A stretch of DNA of 64,000 nt from contig CAVYDV010000003.1 in the NCBI GenBank assembly GCA_963767505.1, positions 64,890-128,889 on the forward strand, read 5' to 3'. Position 1 is the stretch's first letter; the number at the start of each line of letters is the position of its first letter. The position numbers and the translations under genes were made by a program. Under the pieces are notes generated by a model. That model worked only from the letters and a program-made list of their open reading frames with translations. It had not been told where the DNA came from and ran no database searches. The DNA is from an uncultured Thermoleophilia bacterium (GTDB taxonomy: Bacteria > Actinomycetota > Thermoleophilia > UBA2241). This document shows positions 48,809-56,300 of this stretch, one piece after another.

Positions 48809-49533
48809 GCAGCGTCATCCGCCGAAGCCGCCCCTGCAAGATGACTCGTCCCATTCACGAAGCGAACGTTGACCCAGCCGCTGGACCACTCGAGCAGCGA
48901 GACGCCGCCATGCGTCGTGGTGAGAGCCCACCACTTCTCGGGGAGCACGCCGAGGAAGTGATTGAGGATGGCACGGATGGGACCGTCATGGGCGACGAGG
49001 CAGGCACAGCCGTCCCCCTCGCTCTTCGCCAACGCGCCGACGGGCACGGAGCCTGCCACCACCGCTCCCGCCATGGCAGGCGAACGGCTGTGACGACTGA
49101 CGATGTCGTCCACCGCCGCGAGCACTCGTGACTTCAGCTGGGCGAGGGACTCGCCGCCGGGCAGCGCCGTATGATACGGATCGGCGACCATCGCGGCGTT
49201 GAGCTTCTCGTCGGCGAGGAAGTCGTCCCAGGAACGGCCCTCGTAGACACCCATGTGGATCTCGCGCAGGCGCTCATCGTCGCCGATGAGAGCGGACACG
49301 CCGGACGGCCCCTCCGCGGCAGGCTCCCAGACGGCGGCGATGTGCTCCGCCGTCTCATGCGCCCGGGCGAGATCGCTGCAGTACACAGGCATGGGCCCCA
49401 ACGGCGCCAGCCGCGACGCCACTGCTCGAGCTTGAGCCAGACCCTCCTCCGTGAGGGGATGGGCGCTGTGACCCAGCAGATTCCCGGGCGTGTTGCCAGT
49501 CGAGGCCCCATGCCGCACCAAGTAGAGCTTCAT
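48790..49533 (-). CDS. cobC: alpha-ribazole phosphatase / histidine phosphatase family protein CobC
   Basis: MKLYLVRHGASTGNTPGNLLGHSAHPLTEEG...CSDLARAHETA (RHG...H phosphatase motifs). 247 aa. Confidence 0.75.
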   Translation of the reverse strand: MKLYLVRHGASTGNTPGNLLGHSAHPLTEEGLAQARAVASRLAPLGPMPVYCSDLARAHETAEHIAAVWEPAAEGPSGVSALIGDDERLREIHMGVYEGRSWDDFLADEKLNAAMVADPYHTALPGGESLAQLKSRVLAAVDDIVSRHSRSPAMAGAVVAGSVPVGALAKSEGDGCACLVAHDGPIRAILNHFLGVLPEKWWALTTTHGGVSLLEWSSGWVNVRFVNGTSHLAGAASADDAACGAAS

Positions 49534-49564
49534 CGCTTCTCCTTCGCGAAGAACACCGGTCGAG

Positions 49565-50365
49565 TCACCGTGCCAGAGCGCAGCCGACGACCAGGGCTGC
49601 CGCCTCCGCAAGCTGGATACCCATCCCGTACACGTCCCCAGTGAGGCCGCCAAGCCGCTTCGCCACGGCGGCCTGCATGAGAAGTGCCACACCCACGGCC
49701 ACCACGGCAACGACAACGCACGCCCACCAGCCCCCAGCTCCTCCGACCGCGAGCGTGATGGCGCCGGCGGCCACGAGCGCAGCGACCAGAAGGCCCGCGG
49801 CCAGAGCCACCGGCCCCGGCGTGCGCTCGTGAGTGAAGGCCTCGCCCGTGCCTGTCGGGCGTGCGTACGGCCACACGTACACATCGAGCGCCGGGAGCGC
49901 GCGCGCCGCGGCCCATCCGGCGAGCAAGGGCGCAGCGGAATCGGCGCGCGCCAGCGTGCTCAGGGCCGCGACCTTCAGCAGGAGTATGAGCACGGCCGCA
50001 ACGACTCCCATGGCGCCGACCTGGCTGTCCTTCATGATCTGGAGAGCTCTCTCCCGGGGAGCCCCGCTGAAGATGCCGTCGGCCGTGTCCATGAGGCCGT
50101 CGATATGCAGTCCGCGCGTCAGCACCTCGAGAAGCAGGATGACAAGGACCGCCGCGACCAGCGCCGGCAACAGCTCGAGCAGGCCGGCGTAGGCGCCCCA
50201 CGCGGCGGTGCCGAGCGCCAACCCGACGAGAGGGTACCAGCCCATGCTGCGCCAGAGGTCGGCCGGCGACACCTCACCGCGCACCGGCAGAGGGATGCCG
50301 GTGAGGAAGGTCACCGCCAGCGTCATGTGCCTGAGGTGTCCGGTAGGCCGGCGCAGCTGCTCCAT
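49565..50365 (-). CDS. cobS: adenosylcobinamide-GDP ribazoletransferase (cobalamin 5'-phosphate synthase) CobS
   Basis: MEQLRRPTGHLRHMTLAVTFLTGIP...GLHIDGLMDTADG...LGGLTGDVYG. Confidence 0.85.
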   Translation of the reverse strand: MEQLRRPTGHLRHMTLAVTFLTGIPLPVRGEVSPADLWRSMGWYPLVGLALGTAAWGAYAGLLELLPALVAAVLVILLLEVLTRGLHIDGLMDTADGIFSGAPRERALQIMKDSQVGAMGVVAAVLILLLKVAALSTLARADSAAPLLAGWAAARALPALDVYVWPYARPTGTGEAFTHERTPGPVALAAGLLVAALVAAGAITLAVGGAGGWWACVVVAVVAVGVALLMQAAVAKRLGGLTGDVYGMGIQLAEAAALVVGCALAR

Positions 50366-50372
50366 CAGCGCC

Positions 50373-51458
50373 TCAACGCGCCAGCTGGGCATCCGCCCGG
50401 CTCGAGTCACCAGCGACCCCCGCACTCTCGAAGGTCGCCATATCCGCAAGGACGCGGGCGGCTGCCTCGATGATCCCCATGGCCAGAGCCGCGCCGGTGC
50501 CCTCGCCGAGGCGCATCTGCAGATCGAAGAGCGGCGTCAGGCCGAGCTCGTCGAGCACCACCTGATGGCCGATCTCGATGCTCACATGGCTTGGCAGGAT
50601 GTAGTCGACGCACTCGCGACAGAGCCTCACCGCCACGAGCGCCGCAGCGGCGCTGATGAAACCATCCATCACGACCGGCACCCGGTGTACGGCGGCGCCC
50701 AGGAACACACCCGTCATGGCGGCGATCTCCAGGCCGCCGACCTTGGCCAGCACGCCCAAGGGGTCGGTGGCATCGGGGGAGTTCACGGCAAGCGCCCTCT
50801 CGATGACGGCGACCTTCGCCGGTAGCGCCTCGGCGCTGATACCCGTGCCCCGGCCGGTCACCAGCGCCACCGGCTGGCCGGTCAACGCCGCGATCACCGC
50901 CGAGGCCGCGGTCGTGTTGCCTATGCCCATCTCACCAGTCGCGACGATGTCCAGGCCGAGGACCAGCTCCTCCTCGACCAGCTCCAGCCCAACCTGGACC
51001 GCGGCGAGACACTCCTCATGTGTCATCGCCGGCCCCAGCGCCATGTTGGCTGTGCCCATGCGGACCTTCTTCTGGCGCACTCCGGAAGCATCGCTGAGAT
51101 CGGCATTCACGCCGACGTCAGTGACGATGACCCTGGCGCCGACGTGACGACCGATGACATTGATCGCCGCTCCGCCGGCAACGAAATTCAGGACCATGCC
51201 AGGCGTGACCTCAGCGGGAAACGCGCTCACTCCTTCGGCCGTGACGCCGTGGTCGGCCGCCATGACGGCGATGGCCTTCTGATCGATGACCGGCGCAGGT
51301 GCAACCTTGATGCCGGCCAACTGGATCGACAGCGCTTCCAGTCGGCCAAGAGCCTTGGGGGGCTTGGTGAGCTGCGCCTGCCGCGCTTCCGCTGACCGCA
51401 TGGCGTCGGCGTCCAGCGGCCGGATCTGGCGAATGGCGTGGTCCAACGAGTAGCTCAC
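50373..51458 (-). CDS. cobT: nicotinate-nucleotide--dimethylbenzimidazole phosphoribosyltransferase CobT
   Basis: The GTG start (SD AAGGAG) overlaps the cobU stop (GTGA). LTKPPKALGRLEALSIQLAGI...GEMGIGNTTAASA...VMDGFISAAAAL. Confidence 0.9.
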   Translation of the reverse strand: MSYSLDHAIRQIRPLDADAMRSAEARQAQLTKPPKALGRLEALSIQLAGIKVAPAPVIDQKAIAVMAADHGVTAEGVSAFPAEVTPGMVLNFVAGGAAINVIGRHVGARVIVTDVGVNADLSDASGVRQKKVRMGTANMALGPAMTHEECLAAVQVGLELVEEELVLGLDIVATGEMGIGNTTAASAVIAALTGQPVALVTGRGTGISAEALPAKVAVIERALAVNSPDATDPLGVLAKVGGLEIAAMTGVFLGAAVHRVPVVMDGFISAAAALVAVRLCRECVDYILPSHVSIEIGHQVVLDELGLTPLFDLQMRLGEGTGAALAMGIIEAAARVLADMATFESAGVAGDSSRADAQLAR

Positions 51459-52177
51459 GTCGACTCCTTGGAGAGAGGTGGCGGGGCGTGTGGGCCAGGG
51501 GGTGGGGTGGACGCCCAGGGCGATGCCAGGGCGCACAGGTCGAGCGGAATCCCCGAGACGAGAAAGAATACGCGGTCGGCGGCCGCCGCAAGGCGTTGGT
51601 TGGCCCATCCGAGCTGGTCACGATAGAGGCGCGCCAGCGGGTACTCGGGGACTACGCCGAGTCCCACCTCATTGGAGACGGCAAGGAGCGTCGCCCCGGT
51701 CTCGGCGAGTGCCGCCAGAAGGTCGTCGACGGCGTCCGCGACCCGACGCGCGACGGAGGCCTCCTGGGAGGCGGTCGGCAACGACTTGTCGTAGTTGAAC
51801 CCATCCCCAGGGTCGGTGCCGCCGAAATCGCCGACAGAGAAGATGAGGTTGCTGACCCAGAAGGTGACGCAGTCCAGGAGGAAGACGGACGAGCCGCCCG
51901 TCCCGGCGCGAGCCCGCACGACGGCCGGCACATCAAGGGGGCACTCCACGGTCGCCCAGGCGGCAGGTCGCGCGGCGCGATGCGCGGCGACACGCGACGC
52001 CATCTCGGCGTCGTTGGCCTCGGAGGTCGCAAGGTAGGTCACGCCGACGCGCGAGGCCGCTGCGCCGGACGCCGCCGACTGCTCCTCCGCCAGCGCGGCC
52101 GCGAGCCGCTCGGCGAAGGTACTCTTGCCGCTGCGCGCGCCGCCGGTGACCAGAATGAGTCGATCGTGAGGTCCCAC
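51455..52177 (-). CDS. cobU: bifunctional adenosylcobinamide kinase / adenosylcobinamide-phosphate guanylyltransferase CobU
   Basis: MGPHDRLILVTGGARSGKSTFAERLA (P-loop) ...LLDCVTFWVSN...AVSNEVGLGVVPE. Confidence 0.9.
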   Translation of the reverse strand: MGPHDRLILVTGGARSGKSTFAERLAAALAEEQSAASGAAASRVGVTYLATSEANDAEMASRVAAHRAARPAAWATVECPLDVPAVVRARAGTGGSSVFLLDCVTFWVSNLIFSVGDFGGTDPGDGFNYDKSLPTASQEASVARRVADAVDDLLAALAETGATLLAVSNEVGLGVVPEYPLARLYRDQLGWANQRLAAAADRVFFLVSGIPLDLCALASPWASTPPPGPHAPPPLSKEST

Positions 52178-52209
52178 CGCAGCCCTCCCTCGAGGCTCTC
52201 TCGCGATGA

Positions 52210-52380
52210 CCCCCCAGCCTCGGTGTCCTGGCTCGCGCTTCCTCCTACTGGCCGCGCCTTCCCGCCCCTTTGGGCAGTGGCCACATTGCGGCGGTCGTCC
52301 GCGCCTACAGTTGCGGGGCAGCGCCGGCTTCTCACCGGCTTCCCGAGAACTGAGGGATACGCATGAAGGCTACTCCCGCC
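52210..52380 (-). promoter_or_regulatory. cobalamin (adenosylcobalamin) riboswitch in the cobU leader
   Basis: The minus-strand RNA reads ...GGGAAGCCGGUGAGAAGCCGGCGCUGCCCCGCAACUGUAGG...AUGUGGCCACUGCCCAAAGGGGCGGGAAGGCGCGGCC...GAGCCAGGACACCGAGGCUGG. These are the conserved core, the B12-box (GCCACUG...GGGAAGGC) and the 3' CCAGGA element of RF00174. It is followed by a GC hairpin that can pair with the GAGGGAGGG SD of cobU. Confidence 0.8.
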
Positions 52381-52502
52381 GCGACTCGGACGTCAATCCG
52401 TGGGGGCGGAACGAGCGCCGTGCGGACCGCCCGCTCCCCGCCCACATCCAGGCCGCTCCCGCCCGAGGGCACGGCTCTCGCGCCGCCCGGTATACTCGCC
52501 CG

Positions 52503-53191
52503 ATGATCGCCGAGCACAGCCAGACCATGCGCAATCTGCACGCAGCGGAGCTGTTCGTCCAGCTCGACGACGACCAACTCGCGAAGATCGAGACGGTGGC
52601 GCAGCCCCTGACGCTGCCGGCCCAGAGCACCCTGTTTCTGCGCAGTGACCCTGCCGTGGCCTTCTACTTGCTTGCCGAGGGTCGCGTGAAGGTCTACAAG
52701 CTACTCAGCGACGGGCGCACGGCGACCATCCGTCACGTGGACTCCAGACAGACCTTCGCTGAGGCGGCGCTGTTCCACGACGAATACCCTCAAGCGCCGA
52801 GACCATGGCCCCCTGCCGCCTGTACCGGTTCGACACGCACGCCTTCCGTAGCCTGCTCCTGGCGGAGCCGCAGCTGGCCGTCAACCTTCTGGGGGCCATG
52901 GCGGAGCTGCTCGCGCTGCTCAATCGGCGCGTGGAGGAGCTGCTGCTGCCGGTGCCGGCGCGACTTGCCCGCTATCTGCTCGCACTCGCCGACGAGCACG
53001 GATCGCCTTCCGGGATGGTGAGGCTGCCGACCAGCAAGCGCGAACTGGCGGCTCGCCTGGGCACCGTCCCCGAGACACTGAGCCGAACGTTCGATCGCCT
53101 CAGCCGCGGCGGCGTTCTGCGCATGAGCGGCGACCACGAGTTCATCGAGATCGTGGACGACGAGAAACTGCAGCGACTGGCGCAGAACTAG
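52503..53191 (+). CDS. Crp/Fnr family transcriptional regulator (frameshift near 52800)
   Basis: The cNMP-binding-like N-domain (LFVQLDDDQLAKIETVAQPLTLPAQSTLFLRSDPAVAFYLLAEGRVKVYK) is in one frame and the HTH C-domain (TSKRELAARLGTVPETLSRTFDRLSRGGVL) in the next. A TATACT -10 box lies 7 nt upstream of the ATG, suggesting a leaderless transcript. Confidence 0.85.
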
Positions 53192-53295
53192 GAGGCCATG
53201 ACCCGCGCTCTCAGCTTGTGTGGCTCGAACGGGCGGTCCCGGTCGCCTTCGAGAAGCCCCGCGTCATGGAGACAGCTTCCCGCGCGAAGGAGCTC

Positions 53296-53309
53296 TTGAC
53301 CCACGTCAA
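53296..53309. promoter_or_regulatory. Crp/Fnr-type binding site TTGAC-CCAC-GTCAA upstream of the ferredoxin gene
   Basis: Perfect 5-4-5 inverted repeat matching the FNR/FixK/Dnr-type consensus TTGAY-N4-RTCAA. A TAGCAT -10-like hexamer lies about 30 nt downstream of the site centre, so the site sits near -41.5 (class II geometry). It is 72 nt upstream of the fdx ATG and just downstream of the crp/fnr gene. Confidence 0.55.
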
Positions 53310-53380
53310 TGGCGACAGACACGCGTGTGAGATAGCATAACCCTTGTCACCGTAGTGTTTAATCCGAAAGCGAGACCCTG

Positions 53381-53764
53381 ATGGCAGTACGCAGTATCGT
53401 CCACATCGACGAGGAGCTCTGCAACGGGTGCGGCCTGTGTGTCACTCCCTGCGCCGAGGGCGCTATCGAGATCATCGACGGCAAGGCGAAGGTGATGAAG
53501 GAAGAGCTATGCGACGGCGCCGGATTCTGCCTCGCCGTCTGCCCGGAGGGAGCGCTCACGGTCGAACAGCGCGACGCGCCCGAGTTCGATGAAGAGGCCG
53601 CGACCGAGAAGATGGCCGCCAAGCTGGCCGCCAGCGTTCGCATCAAGCAGACCTGCTTCCGCTGTGGAAGCGACGAGGACCAGGGCGTGCTCTTCCCGTG
53701 TCGCCTCAAGGGCGAGAGCCTGTGGGCCTGCGCTCGCTGTCTCCCGCCGCTGATCCACGGCTAG
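53381..53764 (+). CDS. 2x[4Fe-4S] ferredoxin-domain protein with a C-terminal CxxC...CxxC (zinc-ribbon-like) motif
   Basis: CNGCGLCVTPC and CDGAGFCLAVCP cluster motifs, then CFRCGSDEDQGVLFPCRLKGESLWACARC. 127 aa. Confidence 0.8.
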   Translation: MAVRSIVHIDEELCNGCGLCVTPCAEGAIEIIDGKAKVMKEELCDGAGFCLAVCPEGALTVEQRDAPEFDEEAATEKMAAKLAASVRIKQTCFRCGSDEDQGVLFPCRLKGESLWACARCLPPLIHG

Positions 53765-53808
53765 GAGACGTCGCCCCGAGGGCGCCAGCGGTCGAGAATC
53801 CGACTCAG

Positions 53809-54255
53809 CTAGACGATGTCGAGCAGTTCGAAGCCCGTTGCCTCGTCGAGTCGCCGCACGGCCTGGTTGTCGAGCAGTTCGACAACAACGGCCTCGCCCA
53901 CGATCCAGGTCGTGACGCCTGCCCGGATGCAGCCAGCGGCCACCTGATCGTCGCGGCCGAAGGCAGCATGGAGGTGCAGCACCGGCTGCCCACTCCCGTC
54001 CGGGAACAGGGTACCGACGCCGGCCATCTCGTGAACGTCGTGCAGCGCCCGTTGCATCGGCACGATGGTGTCGGCGCGTCCGTTCTCCGGGCCGACAACG
54101 AGGCGGCTGCCGCCGTCGGCGCCCCCGAGCAGAATGACCGTGGCGCGCTGGATCCCCTCGTTGCGCGCCGCCTCCTCGATGCACTCATGCACCGTATCGC
54201 CGTCCTCCAACCGGATGACGAGCGTTCGGCCCAGACTGGCTGTCGAGTACTTCAT
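53809..54255 (-). CDS. PPC (DUF296) domain-containing protein
   Basis: MKYSTASLGRTLVIRLEDGDTVHECIEEAARNEGIQRATVILLGGADGGSRLVVGPENG...PVLHLHAAFG matches the PF03479 pattern. Confidence 0.7.
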   Translation of the reverse strand: MKYSTASLGRTLVIRLEDGDTVHECIEEAARNEGIQRATVILLGGADGGSRLVVGPENGRADTIVPMQRALHDVHEMAGVGTLFPDGSGQPVLHLHAAFGRDDQVAAGCIRAGVTTWIVGEAVVVELLDNQAVRRLDEATGFELLDIV

Positions 54256-54346
54256 GGGGGAACCTCCCTGCCGCCGCCTCATGAGCGATGACCGCAGCAT
54301 CATCACCGCCTGCACCGCCGTCCGTCAACCTTGCTAGACTCGGACA

Positions 54347-56263
54347 GTGACCTCTGCCTCGCACCTGCCCAGCTCACCGGGCGCCGATGATCGACCCTCC
54401 GCACGCGTCCTCCTGCGCGACGTCTTCGGCTTTGCGGAGTATCGCCCAGCTCAGGAGCAGATCGTGGAACACCTCATCGCGGGCTACGACGCTTTCGTAC
54501 TCATGCCGACCGGCGGCGGCAAGTCTCTCTGCTACCAGATCCCAGCACTCGTTCGCCCCGGCACCGCTATCGTCGTCTCGCCGTTGATCTCGCTCATGAA
54601 GGACCAGGTCGATGCACTTGCGGCGGCCGGCGTACGCGCCGCCGCCTTCAACTCGTCGCTCGAGGCGAACGAGGCGCGGAGCATACTCGCGCGACTGCAT
54701 CGCGGCGAGCTCGAGCTACTCTACGTCGCTCCGGAGACCCTCATGACCGAGCCCTTCTTGGCTCGGCTGAGACAGCTCACCGAGGTCGGTCGTGGTCCCG
54801 CCCTCTTCGCCATCGACGAGGCGCACTGCGTGAGCCAGTGGGGTCATGACTTCCGACCGGAGTACGTGCGCCTCGGCGAGCTGCGCAGCCTTTTCCCGGG
54901 TGCTCCGATCGTCGCCTGCACGGCGACCGCCGACCCGCAGACAAGAGAGGACGTGCGCGCCCGGCTCAAGCTCAGCGACGCCCCCAGCTTCGTCACCGGG
55001 TTCGATCGGCCGAACATCCGCTACACGGTCGTCGAGAAGCACGAGCCTCTGCAGCAGCTCAGGAGGTTCCTCGAGGGCCGACCGGACGAAGCTGGCATCG
55101 TCTACTGCCTGAGCCGCAAGCGCACGGAAGAAGTGGCCGAAAAACTCGCGGCTGCCGGGTTCTCCGCAGCCGCCTACCATGCGGGCCTCTCGGCGGAGAA
55201 GCGGCGGCGCGTGCAGGACGCCTTCGCTCGCGACGACCTCCTCGTCGTAGTCGCCACCGTGGCCTTCGGCATGGGCATCGACAAGAGCAACGTCCGCTTC
55301 GTCGTGCACTACGACTTGCCCAAGAGTGTCGAGAGCTACTACCAGGAGACGGGCAGAGCGGGCCGTGACGGCCTCCCGGCCGAGGCTCTTCTGCTCTTCG
55401 GCCTCGGTGATGCACCCTTCGTGCGGGCGCTGATCGAACGCAGCAATGCAGACACGGACCTCGAGCGCGACCCCCGGCAGGTCCGCGTCGAACTGCACAA
55501 ACTCGACACCATGGTGGGCTACGCCGATGGACTCACCTGCCGGCGCCTGACCCTCCTCGGCTACTTCGGGGAGCAGCGGGAGCACGACTGCGGAAACTGC
55601 GACATCTGCCTCGATCCGCCCGAGACCTACGACGCCACAGAGCAGGCGCGGATGGCTCTCTCGTGCGTCTATCGGGTGGGAGAGTCCTTCGGCATGGGCC
55701 ACGTCGTCGACGTCCTGCTCGGTGCGGACACCGAGAAGATCCGGGCTCGAGCCCACGACAAGCTGTCCACCTACGGGATCGGCGCCGGGACGAGCCGCGA
55801 GCACTGGCTGAGTGTCATCCGGCAGCTGATCCACCGCGGGTATCTCAGCCAGGACATCGCACGCTACTCGGTCCTGGGGCTCACGGCCAAGGCACGTCCA
55901 CTGCTGCGCGGCGAAGAGACACTCACGCTGGCGCGGCCGCGCACTCGCGTCCCTCTCGCCAAGAGGTCGCGCTCGAGGATGGGCGGCCGCGGCGACGCGC
56001 CCACCCTCGGCGACGAGGATGGACGGCTGTTCACGGAGCTGCGCGCCCTGCGCAAACGCCTTGCCGAGCAACAGGGCGTCCCGGCCTATGTCGTGTTCAG
56101 CGACGCAACGCTGGCCGAGATGGCCTCGCGAAGACCGTCCACTTCGGCAGAACTCCTCACCGTGGGCGGCGTCGGACGCGCCAAGCTTGAACGCTACGGA
56201 AGCATATTCCTCAGCGCCATCGCGGCCGAGCGCAACGAGTCACCTCGCGAGGCGTCAGCCTAG
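54347..56263 (+). CDS. recQ: ATP-dependent DNA helicase RecQ
   Basis: 638 aa with helicase motifs (LMPTGGGKSLCYQIPAL, DEAHCVSQWGHDFRPEY, HAGL...RRRVQDAF), an RQC Zn site CGNCDICLD, and an HRDC-like C-terminus. The frame is intact. Confidence 0.95.
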   Translation: MTSASHLPSSPGADDRPSARVLLRDVFGFAEYRPAQEQIVEHLIAGYDAFVLMPTGGGKSLCYQIPALVRPGTAIVVSPLISLMKDQVDALAAAGVRAAAFNSSLEANEARSILARLHRGELELLYVAPETLMTEPFLARLRQLTEVGRGPALFAIDEAHCVSQWGHDFRPEYVRLGELRSLFPGAPIVACTATADPQTREDVRARLKLSDAPSFVTGFDRPNIRYTVVEKHEPLQQLRRFLEGRPDEAGIVYCLSRKRTEEVAEKLAAAGFSAAAYHAGLSAEKRRRVQDAFARDDLLVVVATVAFGMGIDKSNVRFVVHYDLPKSVESYYQETGRAGRDGLPAEALLLFGLGDAPFVRALIERSNADTDLERDPRQVRVELHKLDTMVGYADGLTCRRLTLLGYFGEQREHDCGNCDICLDPPETYDATEQARMALSCVYRVGESFGMGHVVDVLLGADTEKIRARAHDKLSTYGIGAGTSREHWLSVIRQLIHRGYLSQDIARYSVLGLTAKARPLLRGEETLTLARPRTRVPLAKRSRSRMGGRGDAPTLGDEDGRLFTELRALRKRLAEQQGVPAYVVFSDATLAEMASRRPSTSAELLTVGGVGRAKLERYGSIFLSAIAAERNESPREASA

Positions 56264-56300
56264 CCCACTCCGCCAAGTCCCTGCATGGTAGCCTAGCGGG

